The notes beneath the pieces were generated by a model that was not told where the DNA came from, searched no databases, and saw only the letters and a list, made by a program, of their open reading frames with translations. Positions 41,099 through 56,300 of a DNA stretch of 64,000 bases are shown here, piece after piece (positions within the stretch are counted from its first letter, which is position 1; each line of letters opens with the position of its first letter). The stretch covers positions 806,001-870,000 of the forward strand of contig NC_089431.1 in assembly GCF_026210795.1 (NCBI RefSeq), written 5' to 3'. The translations under genes were made by a program, and so were the position numbers. Origin of the DNA: Rhizophagus irregularis (Eukaryota).

Positions 41099-41621
41099 CA
41101 CAGTGAAATTCGATAAACCGGATATTCGATAAACCGGATTTGGGCCTAAACCGGACTTTTTTGCTGGAACCAAATCATGTATATTAAAATAGGCTCGATA
41201 TACCGGAGTTTACTAGTAAAAGCTTGATATTTGCTATAACGGATCAATTTTCTAATCAGCTATAGTAAAAATGAATCGATAAACCGGATCACGTGACTGG
41301 GAACTAATAAAATTTAAGTAACGTGATGCGGTAAATCTTAAATTTGGCCAGAATTATAAAAATCTTAATTCCGGCTAAAGTTAAGTATTACTTATATATT
41401 CAATTAAAATATTTTATATTCATTTTCATGACCTCTATAACTTAAAACTAGATGAAAAAATCAAATTATAGTGTATATTAGTTTTATTAGCATTAAAATT
41501 TTTTAAAAATTCAATATAATAGATTTTCAATATATCGAAATTTTTTCGCTAAACCGGATATTCCGATAAACCGGATATTTTTAGTGGAACTGATAGATCC
41601 GGTTTATCGAAATTCACTGTG
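41099..41621. mobile_element. Intact Tc1/mariner-type MITE, TA TSD
   Basis: TA-CACAGTGAAATTCGATAAACCGGA ... TCCGGTTTATCGAAATTCACTGTG-TA. Confidence 0.9.
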
Positions 41622-42390
41622 TACATGATTTTTTAAAATACGGATTTCCATAATTTTATGATATCGTATTTTCTGGCTAATCAAAATTAGGCTGATCTTT
41701 GCATATAATTTAATTATTTAATCATGCACACATTTTTTGTCTTATTTATTTTTGTCTCTTATTTCTTTATTCTTTTATTCTTTTGTTCAATATTTTTAAT
41801 TTTTTTGTCTTTTCTTTCTATTATTTCTTTAATTATATACAATATATTTACATATATTTCATAATTTATTGCTTTGCAAATATAGAAATATTTGTTTATT
41901 AATACTAATTATTTTCATTTTTTTTTACCTCTTTGTTACTTTGTATCATAATACTAACAATAATATCCATGTTTTCTTTATTCCTTTTTACTTGTACTTT
42001 AATGCTAACGATACTAACAATACTAACAACATATTTATTTTTTCCTTTCTCTTTATTTCTTTATTCTCTTGTTCAATTACTTTACAGGTATAGAAATATT
42101 TATTTATTAATACTAATTATTTTAATATTAACGCGTTTTTTTTACCTCTTTGTTACTTTATGTCGTAATACTAACAATACTATCTACGTTTCCTTTATTC
42201 CTTAGTAAGACAATCTTGGGGGTTCTGGGACAGCGGTTATCACATAGGTCTAACCATAATTTAGTGTACCCCCAGACCACCTAGCCTTGTTTTCTGATAT
42301 GATAACACTATACCTGTTTTTCTATCCCCAGACCACCTAACCTTGATTCCTGATATGTTATTACTTGATAGCTAAAAAGAACCCCCCAAG

Positions 42391-42634
42391 TAAGGTTGCT
42401 TGCCGAAACCTAGGGGTTTAGGCAAGATGGCGTTTCGCCGAAAAGCGAAATTCTGCCGAAACTATATTAAAGTTATATTAAAAAACTGGCGAAACTTTGG
42501 AGAAAGGCGAAACTGCCGAAACTTATTATAAATGCCGAAACTGCCGAAACTCTGCCGAAACTATAATAAATCTATAGTAAAATTTTGACGAAACTAATCG
42601 TAGGATTTTGAAGAGGTTTAGACAAGCAACCTTA
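42391..42634. mobile_element. hAT-type MITE
   Basis: TIR TAAGGTTGCTTG / CAAGCAACCTTA. 8-bp TSD CCCCCAAG. Internal gccgaaa repeats. Confidence 0.9.
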
Positions 42635-42869
42635 CCCCCAAGCGTTGTAGATAAGATTAACATCATTTATTCCTAGGCATTATTACCACGCATGAATCCA
42701 TTCCAGGGTATCATAATTTTATGCTATATCAGATTGCCTTTATAAGTGCCAAAGGTATAAAGGACACGAAGTGTCTGTAATACCGATGGCACAATTCAGC
42801 AATCCATTGTGGCATACTATTTTTATGATACTCTAAAAGGGATTCATTCGATGATTTAAGCCATTCATG

Positions 42870-44642
42870 CTCTAACCAAAAATGTATAGCAGAAAGGCAA
42901 CTAGATATATTGTAAAGCTTTCCCTGCTATACGAAAAAATCTGGGACAGTGAAGTCTAACCAAAAATCTGACCCAGGTCTAACCAAAAATGTATAGCAGG
43001 AAGGCAACTAGATATGTTTTAAAGCTTTTCCTCCTATACGAAAAAATCTGGGACAGTGAAGTCTAACCAAAAATCCAACCCAGGTCTAACCAAAAAATGT
43101 ATAGCAGGAAGGTAACTAGACATATTGTAAAGCTTTTTCTGCAATACGAAAAAATCTGGGACAACAGAGGACCCCGGAAAATACTTATATAGGTAAGGTC
43201 CCAAAAATATTTTTTATTAGTAGCTCTAAGCATAGGTTTTTACTATGATCACTAAGCATTGTTGATATCTAACCTTAAAAATTATATAAAAATAAGCAAA
43301 TCAATCTTCTAACCTAATTAAATTTTTATTATAACACATATAATTTATAAAATATATTTATTAATTTAATATATTTTATTAAATCCAATTTTAAATATGA
43401 TCAATACATTGTGAAGCTAAACTAAACATAATATACAAGTAGATTAACAATATTCAATTAATAAAGTTAATAAACAGTAAAAGAAAAATTCGAAATTAAT
43501 ACTATTACAAAAAATGTAAATTTCTCCATAAGTATTATACTTACACCCATAAAAATTAATATGTAAGTAGTTTCGACCTTGCTGAACAATTTTCAATTAA
43601 TTTAGAAAGTCGATTTCATTTGGCCAAAGTGGTGTAATTACGCTCTGAAGTTGTAAACGGAGAAATGAAAAATTCGGAAGTTAGTACCGTTATGAAAAAT
43701 GCACTTTTCTCCATAAGTATTATACCCACACTCATGAAAATTAATATATAAGTAGTTTCGACCTTGCTGAACAACTTTCAATTAATTTAGAAAGTCGATT
43801 TCATTTGACTGAAGTGGTGTAATTACGCTCTGAAGTTGTAGACGAAAAAGTGAAAAATTTAAAAGTTATTACCGTTATAAAAATATGCTTTTCTATATAA
43901 ATATCATACTTAGCCTTATGAGAATTAAAATACAAGTAGATTTAACTTGCTGAACAACCTTAAGCATAAAAGACAATTTGATATAACCAAAGTGGTGAGT
44001 AGTGAAATTATATATTAAAGTAAAACATATTTACAGTAATTTTATTTAACAAAATAAATAGTATCTTTTTAATTTTTATTAAACTCAGTGTATTATTTTT
44101 AATATAAAATTACTATATTATACATGTTGAAAGATAATTAATAAAACATTGAAAAAAAAAACTGAAATTTCATCAAAAAAAAATTTTGTTTATGTATTTA
44201 TATAAAATTGTGAAATGTAGTACAAAATCAACACTCACCGTTAGTGAAAATAAAATAAAAATTAATTATAAATTCAATATATAATATTTTAAAAAGTTCT
44301 ATAAATATGAAAAATAAGCAACTAAAAACTCTTAGTATTTTAAAATAATACCAAAAATATGCAATTTAATTATCTTACATAGTATAAAATTTTCTCAAAA
44401 TTAAGCATTATAAAATTCTTACATCATAAAATTTTTCTATGTTGGCTAAGCACCTTGGTACCTTACATATATAAGTATTTTCCGGGGTCCTGACAACAGG
44501 TCTAACCAAAAGTCTAACCAAAAATCCGACCGAGGTCTAACCAAAAAATATACAGCAGGTAGTCAACTAGACATATTGTAAAGCTCCCCCTGCAATACGA
44601 AAAATCTGGGACAACAGGTCTAACCAAAAGTCTAACCAAAAT
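42870..44642 (+). repeat. ~105-bp tandem repeat array upstream of polB, interrupted by a TIR element
   Basis: Unit tctaaccaaaaatgtatagcag..caactaga..aaagct..atacgaaaaaatctgggaca, about 4 copies. Confidence 0.8.
43168..44491. mobile_element. Non-autonomous TIR element (AGGACCCCGGAAAAT family), 8-bp TSD
   Basis: TSD GACAACAG at 43160-43167 and 44492-44499. Confidence 0.92.
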
Positions 44643-44779
44643 TTAACCCTAATCATAAATTGCTCTGATTCTTTGTCGAAGCCTATTTTCATACCGATTT
44701 TGATAGTAATAAGATGGGAAACATTTTAGAATTTATTAATTGAAGAAAAAAATTTTTAGGTTATTAGTACACAACCAGT

Positions 44780-47700
44780 ATGGCAACAAGCAATCAAACT
44801 TGTGATAGATGTGGAAAGACTTTTGCAACTTCACAAAAGCTTCGTGGGCATCAAAATAGAAAGTTTCTATGCAAGCCTACAGCTAACCCTCAGGATCCCA
44901 CACCTGAAATTGTACAATTGCAACCACAACCGGAGCAATTCCAGGATCCCACACCTGAAATTGTACAATTGCAACCACGACCGGAGCAACTCCAGGATCC
45001 CACACCTGAAGTTATCCCAGCTCATACAGAGAAAACTCCTAACTTAACAATTGATGAACTAGTAAAATGGTTAGCAGAACCTGGTGATTACAATCAATAT
45101 ACTCCACGAAAAAGAAGAGTTCCACAAACAGATAATGAATGGTTTGCTTATATGCAAGGAGATTATAGAGGAAGATGGTGTGATATTCAATTTGTAAAAA
45201 GAGGTCATGATCCTGCACGTCCACATAAATCTCTAAAACATAAGACAGTATGGCAAGCTGATCTTAAACCAAATGTTAGAGATATACCATATTTTCCAAG
45301 TATAATAGCTGATACCCACCAGAAAATAACAGAAATTCTTGAGAGGGAACTTGAAGAAAAGGGGCAAATCAAATCAGCTATCACTATATTGGCTACATAT
45401 ACAGATAATAGTGGAACATATAAGCAAGTTTATCATAGAGGAGTCATGCGTGTACTTCTTTTAAAGAATGATATAGATGATCATTTAACAAAATCAGCAG
45501 TAGATATCACGGATAAAATTGTCAAATTTATGAAAGGAGGGTCTGGTTGGAAAATTGTTAGTATAGATATATTAACTATTGAGACGTATACTTACCGCCG
45601 AGCAGAAGGAGGCTCATACATTCTTACACCTAAGGCACTTGCAAATAAGAAGTGCACTATCAATCCGATAACAAAGATCTCATAGATCCGGACACAGGCT
45701 TGCCTTCTGAAAAATGTTTGCAAGGAGCTTTAGGTGCTTACTTTGCATATAAAGATGGTCATACACAAAAACTTGAGCGAATCTTTCGGGCAGAAAAATT
45801 TAAGCCATACTTGGAACAAGTCAATCTCAATGCAATTCCCATGCCCACTCCTGTTTGTCCACGCATATTTAGCAAGATTGAGGACCTCAATCCTGAGATC
45901 TCCATTAATGTATGGGAATGGGAGGAGAAAACTGGTATTCCAAAACCTGTTATTGCAAGTAAGAATTACAACCGTCAATATATCATACACCTCATGGCCC
46001 TTACAGATATTACAAAATCGAATGAAGGGAAGTATGGTCAGAAGAATCACTTCCTTTGGATCAAGAATCCTGATGCTTTAATATACAAAGATACATCCCA
46101 CAAGGGAAAGAAGTATCTTTGCAATCGGTGCTTCCAAAGCTTTCCATCATCTAAATCTTTAACTAATCATCAGGAATGGTGTTTTGGATTAGGTGAGGCA
46201 CCACAAAGAGTTGAGTTACCAGTTAAAGGTAAGAATGATTTTGAGGAGTTTAAGAATTTTAACCGAACAATGTATGCTTCATGTGTAATTATTGCAGACT
46301 TTGAGGCTGATAACAGAAAGTGTAATGAAAACTATGGTGGAAATATACATAAGATTATGGAGCAAAAGGCTAACAGCTTCTGCTATATGGTCCACTGGAT
46401 TGAAACTGATGAAACATGGGGGCCATTCTTATACCGAGGTCCAAATGCAACAGAAGAGTTTGTCCACAGACTTGATAAAGAATTAAAAAGGATTAATGAT
46501 GTATTAGAAGTAAAAGTAGAACGTATTGTAACAGAGGAAGCTAAAAAGGAATTCACTGAAGCAGTTAGTTGTTGGATATGTAATGGGAATTTCAATCAGG
46601 ACGTGCAAGACAAAAAAGTTTGGGATCACTGCCACATCACAGGTAAGTTTCGTGGGGCTGCTCATAATGCATGCAATCTTAAGCTTCAAATCGAAGCATG
46701 GAAGACTCCAATTCCTGTAGTCTTCCACAATTTCCGTGGCTATGACTCCCATTTAGTTTGTGAATCTGTTGGGCGATCAATTGGAGCACATCAAATCAAA
46801 GTTATTGCAGAGACATTCGAACGTTACAAATCTATGAAGGTAGGGCAATTCAAGTACATTGATAGCATGCAGTTCATGGCCTCCAGTCTTGCAAACCTTG
46901 CAAAGAATTTAGGGACAGATAAACCCCTCACAAAGCGACACTTCAAAAACTTCTCATCTGAACATATTGACCTAATCACACGTAAGGGGGTTTATCCTTA
47001 TGAATATATTGATTCATATGATCGTTTCAAGGAGACAGAACTCCCATCTATTCATGACTTTTATAGTACTCTTGGAGGAGAGATCACTCAGGATAATTAC
47101 AAACATGCACAAAAAGTTTGGAAGGAATTTGGCTGCAAGAACTTGGGCGAGTATCATGACCTTTACCTTAAGACTGATGTTCTTCTCCTAGCAGATGTCT
47201 GGACAAAATTTAGACAGACAGCAATGCATCATTATGGACTTGACCCAAGTCATTATGTCTCTGCTCCTGCACTTTCTTGGGATGGCATGCTTAAGATGAC
47301 TGGAGTTAAAATAGAGCTATTCACTGATATGACCATGCATGATTTTACTGAAAAGGCTAAACGTGGAGGAATAGCTATGGCAGGACACCGTTTCTTAAAA
47401 GCCAATAACCCTAAGATGGGTGACTCCTTTAATCCCTCTAAACCTACTACCTGGATTTCCTATATAGATGCAAACAAACTGTATGGATGGGCTATGAGCC
47501 AGTACTTGCCTATTGGTAACTACAGATGGGAAGCATCTCCAGAATATTTCAAACAGAATCTAGATAAGCAGAAGCAGATACTTAATGTAATTTTTAATAC
47601 AAAACCAGATGCTGCCCGTGGTTACTTCCTAAATATCAAAGCGCACTTCCCCCTTAAAACTCATGATTATCTACAAGATTTACCTCCTGCAGTCAATAGT

Positions 47701-48144
47701 ATAGCTGTAAAAAAGGATAGGTTAAGCCCATATATAACCAAACTTGTTGATAACTTAGATGGAGGGCGATTTCCTGAAACAGAGAAGTTAGTTCCACATC
47801 TTAGTAAACATGAAGATTATGTTATACATTACCAAGAGCTCCAGTATTACATTAAGTTAGGCATGGTTGTAGATGAGATTACACAAGTCCTATCATTTGA
47901 TCAAGATAACTGGTTAGCTCCTTATATTGCAAAAAATACAAATTTACGTCAACAATCCAAGAATTCATTTGAGAAAGACTTCTTTAAACTCATGAATAAC
48001 TCAGTCTATGGCAAGACTATGGAGAATGTACGTAAGTATCAGGATGTCAAGCTTATGAGAATGATCAATGAAAATGATGAAAAGAAATTCCTTAAGAAAG
48101 TTCGCAAGCCCTCCTTCAAGTATGCTCGTCAACTTGGCAACACA
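44780..48144 (+). pseudogene. polB: Polinton/Maverick-type protein-primed family B DNA polymerase, 5' part
   Basis: N-terminal zinc finger. ExoI IIADFEA; endonuclease VII-like CWIC..DHCHITGKFRGAAHNACN; ExoII FHNFRGYDSH; KGVYPYEY; ExoIII YLKTDV; motif A YIDANKLYGWAM; motif B KLMNNSVYGK. 1-bp frameshift at ~45667. Confidence 0.92.
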
Positions 48145-48619
48145 CACACGTCAAATAAGTAAAAATCAGTCAAATATCGGACTGCCGATTTTTGGCTGTA
48201 TTTGCGTGATTCGTAGCTTTATTCAGCCGATTTTATGGCGCGAATTGCTAAAAATAGAAATTCCTCTTTTTAATGACAAAAAATAGGAATGCCGCATTTT
48301 AAACCATCATGCCGATTCAAACAATAATCGGACTGCCGACTTGTAAATAAATTTACAAAATATCATCACAATCAGACTGCCGGCATGAAAATAAACATGC
48401 TGATTCATAACATATAGAAGTGCCAATTTTTAAATCAGAACCTGCCGATTCTTCAATAATCTCCAAAATCGGACTGCCTATTGTACCGATTCGTATAATA
48501 ATTTTTCAAAAAATAAGTGCCGATTTATAAATTGGCACAACAGACTTATACTACCATGCAGATTCATGCAGTAATCATCCAAAATCGGACTGCGATAATC
48601 ATGCCATTCTCACAAATAG

Positions 48620-48935
48620 AAATGCCGATATATAGATCAGTAAGAACAATACTTAAAATAACATATGCCTGTTTTTATTTTGATCACAAATAGTTTTGAA
48701 AAGGAATGCCGATTCATAGATCGGTAAGAGCAATACTTAAAATAACATATGCCTGTTTTTATTTCGATCACAAATAGTTTTGAATAGAAATGCCGATTCA
48801 TAGATCAGTAAGAGCAATACTTAAAATAATCTATGCCTGTTTTTATTTCGATCACAAATAGTTTTGAATAGAAATGCCGATTCATAGATCAGTAAGAGCA
48901 ATACTTAAAATAATCTATGCCTGTTTTTATTTCGA
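48620..48935. repeat. Left subterminal ~84-bp tandem repeats (about 4)
   Basis: tgccgattcatagatcagtaagagcaatacttaaaataa recurs at ~84-bp spacing. Confidence 0.85.
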
Positions 48936-49149
48936 GTAAGCCAGAATCTTTCTATTTTTGATTTTTTCGTAATTCATCATTACCCGTTTTTTTCTATTAT
49001 TGACCGATTTTATTTTATATGAACACATTGTAATATACGTTTTTTTATTTTGCAGTTTATGATATATTTATTATTATATTCTTGCTATATTTATTATTAC
49101 TATGTGCTATAATCATCTTACTATTTTCTTTCACTTTTTAAAAGAGAAC

Positions 49150-51316
49150 GTTTTTTAGTAGTTGATCTCCTAATAATTTCTTTTGGAACCACTAGTCGAA
49201 ATGGATCATCCTTTTCATCGCTGTCATCGATAAAAATATAATCATTATTATCGGTTTTCTTATCATCATCATTCTTATCGTTATTATCATCGTTAACGTT
49301 ATTGTCGTTTTTATCGTTACTAGCATTGTTTTTATCTTTGTCGTTATTGTCATCATTGTTATCGTCATTGTTATCGTCGTCACTATTATCCTCTTCATCA
49401 CCATCTTCGTCGGATTCTTGTGCAACCCAGCTTGACGAAATCCACCAACTGGGAATGTTCTCCTTTGGTTTGCTTTTTTTGTCAAAATTTTCATCTGAGC
49501 GGTAACGTGGACGACTTAAACCAGATCCGATGCTAATACCAATTTCTTCCGATCGATGTAGAATTTTTTGAATCTAATAAAAATTTATAATTTATTAAGC
49601 ATAAATGTTATATTCATTAATAACATCACGACTTCGCATACTCCCGACGACCGCCACTTCTTGTCGTAAATCTTTATTACTGAATTATTGTTAATTAATC
49701 GACCTGATCTTGTATTTTTACTGCGTTCTTTGTTTGCTAATTCCTCGTCTTCTGTGGACCATTCGTCCGAGTGTATGTCTGAAGTATTAGTCGCCTTTAT
49801 ACAATCTTTGATAAATTCTTCCCATTTTAAGTTACGAGGTTGGCATTCAGTCAAAAGTTTGTCTCGTGTCGATATCATGTGCTGCAATCCTCTTCTGCGC
49901 CAGTGACATCTTCTATTGAAGAGTAAATTAAAAAATTAATTAATTGTATATGTTTTTATTATTAAATAATGAATTTTATACCTGATCCCTTCTGGATATC
50001 ATGTGTTGTCTTTTGGTATGTTCCGGCATTTTACCCTCTTTTTGCAGTTTCCAAATCTCTCGGCGAGATTTATGCAATTGTTTTATGATTCTTACTATCT
50101 CTATATCATATGCTACAATAGAAGGATTCATGGCCAATTTTACTGCTGGCAAAAGTTTTCTTTCTATTGTTTTTTTTTGTTCACTGTACGTCTTTGATAG
50201 GTCGAATTGAAGCGACTGATTAAGATTATTGAGAATATGGACTACTTCATCCTATTTAATAAAACAGTCATTAAATGATCAAATATTTAATTTAATAAAG
50301 ATAAATTTTAATAAAAATGTATATTTACGTGAAGTGTCTTCTTATAATTACTTGACATGAGTGGCAGCTCACGTTTCTGTTCTCTAATAAGAATAGGCGA
50401 TAAGCTTCTATTGGGACGATTAACTAAAGGTTCTTCATGACTAGCATTTTTTTCGGTTAGGTTATTTAAGCGTTGTGTGAGATTTAAGATTACATTTCTT
50501 AATTCTTGAATTTCTTGGTTTTCAACGCCACCTATTATAAGTCAGTATTTAATATAATTCATTTTGAAAATTTTTTTTTTACATGTAAGTCAGAATAGGA
50601 GCGTGAGGGAAATAATACCGCTATTTAGAGCCGGAGTAATTGAAGAGGAAGGTTGATTTTGCAATATCGAAGATTGATTTGTAAGTGTTCCTATAATAAT
50701 TATGTTAAATCGGTATATGTTTTGAAATGTAATTAAGACTAATTTAAATAATATTACTTTTTGTTAATGATCTCCCTCTATTTTGTGGTGATGAATCTTT
50801 GGATGAGAGAGTGGTAAATTGATCATTAGAATCAGATACTTCATAATAGGATCGATGATGGTTAGAACTGTGGGATCTAGATTGTGATTTATGTGATCGA
50901 TGATGTCGACGTGAACGGATAGGGGAACTAGAATGGGATGGAGAGATATGTTGTTGTCGTAATCGGTGACTACGAGATTGGGAATGACTATGACTACGAC
51001 TACGAGATTGGGAACGACTACGACTACGAGATTGGGAATGACTACGACTACGAGGTTGGGAACGATAATGGGAACGACGTGAATGAGAACGACGATGTGA
51101 ACGACGTGAGTGAGAACGACGTGAGTGGGATCGTTGATGAGAACGACGTGAGTGAGAACGACGATGGGAACGACGTGAATGGGATCGTTGATGAGAACGA
51201 CGTGAGTGAGAACGACGATGGGAACAACGTGAATGGGATCGTTGATGAGAACGATGTGAGTGAGAACGGGAATCTGATTCTTTTTGTTGAGATCTAGTAT
51301 TGAGGTTCCTATGCAT
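49150..51316 (-). CDS. CACTA accessory protein paralog 1: RS/H-rich N-terminus, acidic/Asn tail; multi-exon, 3' end approximate
   Basis: Exons in ORFs 50744 and 49585 plus intervening exons. Motifs QLHKSRREIWK, RGLQHMISTRDK, IHSDEWSTEDE, KKWRS, IPSWWISSSW. Confidence 0.7.
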
Positions 51317-51639
51317 CCCGAGAAATTTGTAAAAATTTAAATCTTTTCATTATGGTATTTATTATTAAAGATCGGACAAGAGATAAAAAGGCACTTTATA
51401 TACATATTTTGAATCATCCTATCATTTAACGCGTAATTGCCTAATCAAAATAAACATAAAATAAATTATTAACTTCGTTATCACATATCAATAAATTTAT
51501 ACTACATCGCTATCCATCAATTAAATATATTAATAATCAATTAATATCATTAAACTTAATTAAATTAATTACTTACGGAAGTTTGTTTTTCCGGTAGGAA
51601 ATCTGTGACGCGACGAAATAGCGATACGTGACGAAAAAG

Positions 51640-51810
51640 CAATAGGAAATATTTTTGAAACCGTGATGTGAACGCAAAAAGCGATAGAAAATATTTTCGA
51701 AACTGTGATGTGAACGAAAAGAGAGAGGAAATATTTTCGAACTGTGATGTGAACGAAAAGAGAGAGGAAATATTTCGAACTGTGATGTGAACGAAAAAAA
51801 GCGATATAAA
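51640..51810. repeat. ~37-40-bp tandem repeats upstream of the accessory gene
   Basis: aaatattttcgaactgtgatgtgaacgaaaaga repeated about 4 times. Confidence 0.8.
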
Positions 51811-53383
51811 TATCGTCGAAGAAAGCGTGGTAAACATACACAAATATATCATGATCGGCACCTCCGATTTTGTAGGATTTATGCATCTGGCGCGTGACAC
51901 TTATGCGTCATCCAGTCACGTGTAGTAACAAACTGCGCCCAAGGCAGAAAATTAGTACTTATTGGGCAATAAAAGAATAACTTTTTATACTTTTATACGT
52001 GATTTTGATATTTTGATTAAAAATAACTCAATCAATTAATTTTTAATAAAAAATAATATAAAATCTTTCAACTAGATAACATACAAAATCGCCAAAATTT
52101 TTTTTTTCATTCTTTATGAAACTTGATTAAAAAAACAGCGCATAAATTTAACCACTAATAACATCGTTGATGTAATAAAGTTCTGAGTTCCATTCTGCCT
52201 GCGTACATGAATAACATCTACAGGGAGATGTTCTCCATGTCGATAGGGAGGATGATCCCCATACTAGACTGACTTTTTGTTTAAATTATAGTTCATATGT
52301 ATTACTACTAAAATGATAGATGCAAGTTTATCACGATCATTCAGCGCTGATGGACAAATCGTTCGTTGAGATACTTGTTACATGCAGTATGATGATTAAT
52401 TACTATTAGATTTATACAAAATTTATGACATTTTAAATCGATTTTAAAGGTATTAATATTATCTTATCTTATATTATGAAAAAGAAGCTGGTTTAATAGC
52501 CAAAAAAAAACATCATATTTACAAAATATAAAGGAATTTTCAAATTAAAAAATGAAAAAATGAAATATAATTGATTAATCGTGACTTGTGAAATTTGAAG
52601 TATTCTGATAAGCTGCTAAATGTAGGTGATTGCGATTGTTGTTGCGATTGTTGTTGCGATTGTTGTTGCGGCTGCGTTTGTTGATGTTGTTGCGAAAAAT
52701 ATAATCGTAAATTTAAATCATAAATTTCTTTTTCATAGTCTTTTATTTTTTCGTCGTATATTTTTAACCACTCCACCAAATTATTGTTTTCACGGGAACT
52801 TTTCTCCAACTTATTAAGTAATTTCTCTCCCGAATCGTACACAACTTTTTTAAAGTCCAGCAACTGGACTTGCAAATCGGAAACTTCCTTATCCTACCCC
52901 TTTAATTCCTTTAGCATTCGCTCTCTTCTATTTTTTTTTGCGATTTCGCGAGGATTTGCGAGAATTCAACGATGGTTTGCCCATTTTTGCGAAAATAATC
53001 TTTCTGGCTAATCTCGGAATTTATAATTCGATGAATAAAGCATGTATTATTGCTAAAAATGGCTAATAACATTCATTATGCTATATTTTAGGGGGTGGGA
53101 GAGGCGCAAAAGTGCCTGTCGGGTGGTATTTTCCAATCATATATATATAAATTGGTTAAAATCCTGAAAGATTTTGAGTAAATATTTGTAATATTATAAT
53201 TAATACAAATTAAAAAAATGTGGCTGATTGTTTCACTTTAATAAGTATCTAGCGGCTTTTTGTGAATCAGAAATTAACCTTTAATATTAATTCAGGATCT
53301 CAAAAAATTTCCTAGATAAAAAAATTTTTCAAAAAAATTTCCTATATAAAAAAAAATTTTCAAAAAATTTTCTAGATAAAAAA

Positions 53384-56300
53384 ATGTCTAACCCTCGAGC
53401 TGTTGCCAAATCTAATAGAACAAGAATAAGAACTAAAGTATACTGCTTTTGTAAAGAATGTAATGGCAAGTTAGTGGACCCAAGAACGAAAACTAAACAT
53501 GGGTTAAAATATAATATATCTTATGCGAATAATAATTTTAGTAACAATTATCAAGAAGCTGAGCCTTCTAATGCTAATCCATCTAATAATTTTGGTGATG
53601 ATTATCAAGAGGCTGGGCCTTCTGATGTTGGACAATATACTGACGATAATAATGCAATGGAATGCGAACCTTTACTCGAGATGATACCTATACATGAATC
53701 GGCAAAACATAAATTCACAAAGAAAGGGAAAATATCTGATCACGTTCTTGAAAATTTATTACCGGATAACGGAAGAGATATGAATGATGATCAAGATAGA
53801 GATTTTGAAGACTATGACGACGAAAATAGAGATTCTGAAAGTTTTGAAGATGATGACGAAGATGGTGTTTCTAGCGATTTTAAAGATGATGACGAAGACA
53901 GTAATTTTGGAGATTTTGAAAGCGATGAAGAATATAGAGACTCTGAAGATTTTGAAGATGATGATGAGGAAGAAGTCAATTTTGCGTCAAAAGATTTTGA
54001 CGATGGTGAACCAAAACTTCCTAATATCAACAATGATAATTATACCTGGATTATCTTATGGATATTACAATATCAACAAAGATATAAGCTTCCTAATGTT
54101 TCAATAGATTCTTTATTTAAATTTCTAAGGTTTTTTCTTTTAACGGTAGATGAAAATAAATTTTCATCTTTTCCTTCCTCCCTGTACGTAGCCAAAAAAA
54201 TATTGGGAATATCAATGAATATTATCAAATATGCCGCATGTAATAAATGTCACAAATTGTATGACATAAATGAAATATCAAACACAACCGAAGTACCAAC
54301 ATGTAGTTTTATAAACTACCCGAATCATAGCATAGAAAGATTTCGACAAAAATGTAATAACCCTCTAGTCAAAAAAATAGACAGTAATAAAGATGGTGGA
54401 AATAATCCAATTATCCGTCTGATAATGACATTTCCATTAGTTAACATTAGGCGCCAACTAACCCTATTTTTCAGTCGCAAAGATTTTGAGGTGACATGTC
54501 GAAAGTGGGCAGAAAGGGAAAACGAAACTGAAGCCTTATTTGACATTTATGATGGGAGGATTTGGATGAGTTTTGAAGATGGCAAAGGAGAACCATTCTT
54601 CAAAAAAGAATACGCCGAAACTCATATCGGATTAATGCTAAACATGGATTGGTTTCAACCCTATATAAATTCCCAATATTCTGTCGGTGTAATATATGCC
54701 GTTATTTGTAACTTACCCCGAAGCGAACGTTTCAAGCCCTACAATATTCTCACACTAGCAGTTATACCCGGTCCTAAAGAGCCAAAGAAACATGAAATCA
54801 ACAATTACTTATACCCCATCATAAATCAGCTGAATCGGTTATGGGAAGGGTATCATATAAAAACCTACGAATATAACAACGGTCGTTTTATCCGTGGCGC
54901 GATAATAGGTTGTGCTAGTGACGTTCCTGCGACTCGAAAATTATGTGGTTTTATATCAGCTCGAATCGCATGTTATCGATGCTATAAATCAGCAAACTTG
55001 GTAAATAATCAACCCAATTTTGGTGGGTTTGAAGACATTGACGACTGGTTTGTTGAGAGAGATATTAATTTAATAAGGGAGAAGGCACGTGAATGGAAGA
55101 AATGTGCAACCGAAGAATCGCGTAAGGCTCATGTCTCACAGTATCATGTTCGTTGGTCGGAAGTATACCAATTACCTTATTTTAATTCTGTGCGCTTTTG
55201 CGTAGTTGATCCCATGCACTGCCTCTTTCTCGGGGGTAGCAAAGTGGATTGTAATGAAGCTCTGGATCGACGAAGGTATATTAAATAATGAAAAGCTCAA
55301 AATAATGCAAGAGCGAGCCGACTTGATAAAATTTCCAAGTGACCTCGGTCGCCGTCCCGTTAGAATAGCCACTGGCGACGGCTTTTCAAATTTTACGGCG
55401 GACATGTGGAAGACGTTTGTTCTAATTTTTGCAATACCTATCACATGGAATCTCTTGGGAGAGATCGATCGAAAAATTCTTGCTTATTTCGTACGTTCCT
55501 GTAAAATTTTAACAAATCGGGAACTACAAAAAAGTGATCTAAACGAAGCATTTACAAAACTACTCGAAATGAATAAATTAATTGAAAAAAAATACGGACA
55601 AAAAAATAAGCCCAAATCTTCATTTATGCCTTCACATATGTGAATGCGCTTTAGATTATGGACCTTTATCCTTATTTTGGTGTTTTAGCTTCGAACGAAT
55701 GAACGGAATTCTAGGTATGATATATTAATTTCGCCGATTTGAAAATCGTATTGTTTTTTTTAATTTATACAGATTGACCAATTTATTTCTTAAGAACATA
55801 GGATCGTATAAAAATAGCAAACGTAACATTGAACCAGAGCTATTAAAAATAATGGTTGAAAGTTCCTTTTTAAACTATTACCTCACAAATTGCGATAGCA
55901 ATATATTAAACACCACTTTGGACATTATAAAGCCTAGAAAATCTGCAGGAAGCTTGGCTGCACTTGACGATTTTACAAGTGATGAGTATCAAAATTTTCT
56001 GAGGCTTTCACTTATCGAAAATAAATCGGCTTATGGAACAGAACGTTTTCCCGGGTTGTTAATGAAACCGCGCCAAGAAACATGTCTCCCAAACCGCGTC
56101 TTGGACTTACTGGTTGAGTTTTATAATAGTTTGTATGAAGAACATTTCGTCCCCATTTATTCTATAACGGGTCCAAATAACGATATTGTTGTAATTTCCA
56201 AAATTATACAATACGGTAGAATAAGAATTGGGGCGGATATATTTGGTTCCATTCAGGCAGCTCGTCATGAGAAATCATCATACATATTAGCTCGTTTTGA

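Larger units (their letters stand above)
28770..41635 (-). mobile_element. Plavaka-type DNA transposon with nested insertions; boundaries approximate
   Basis: ~200-bp inverted repeats at ~28770-29000 and ~40890-41635 enclose a Plavaka transposase and a divergent second gene. Confidence 0.6.

Noticed and set aside
50938..51297. Low-complexity plus-strand ORFs (also 58564-58899, 6365-6587, 56838-57056)
   Set aside because: Antisense or alternative-frame shadows of repeat-rich real exons.
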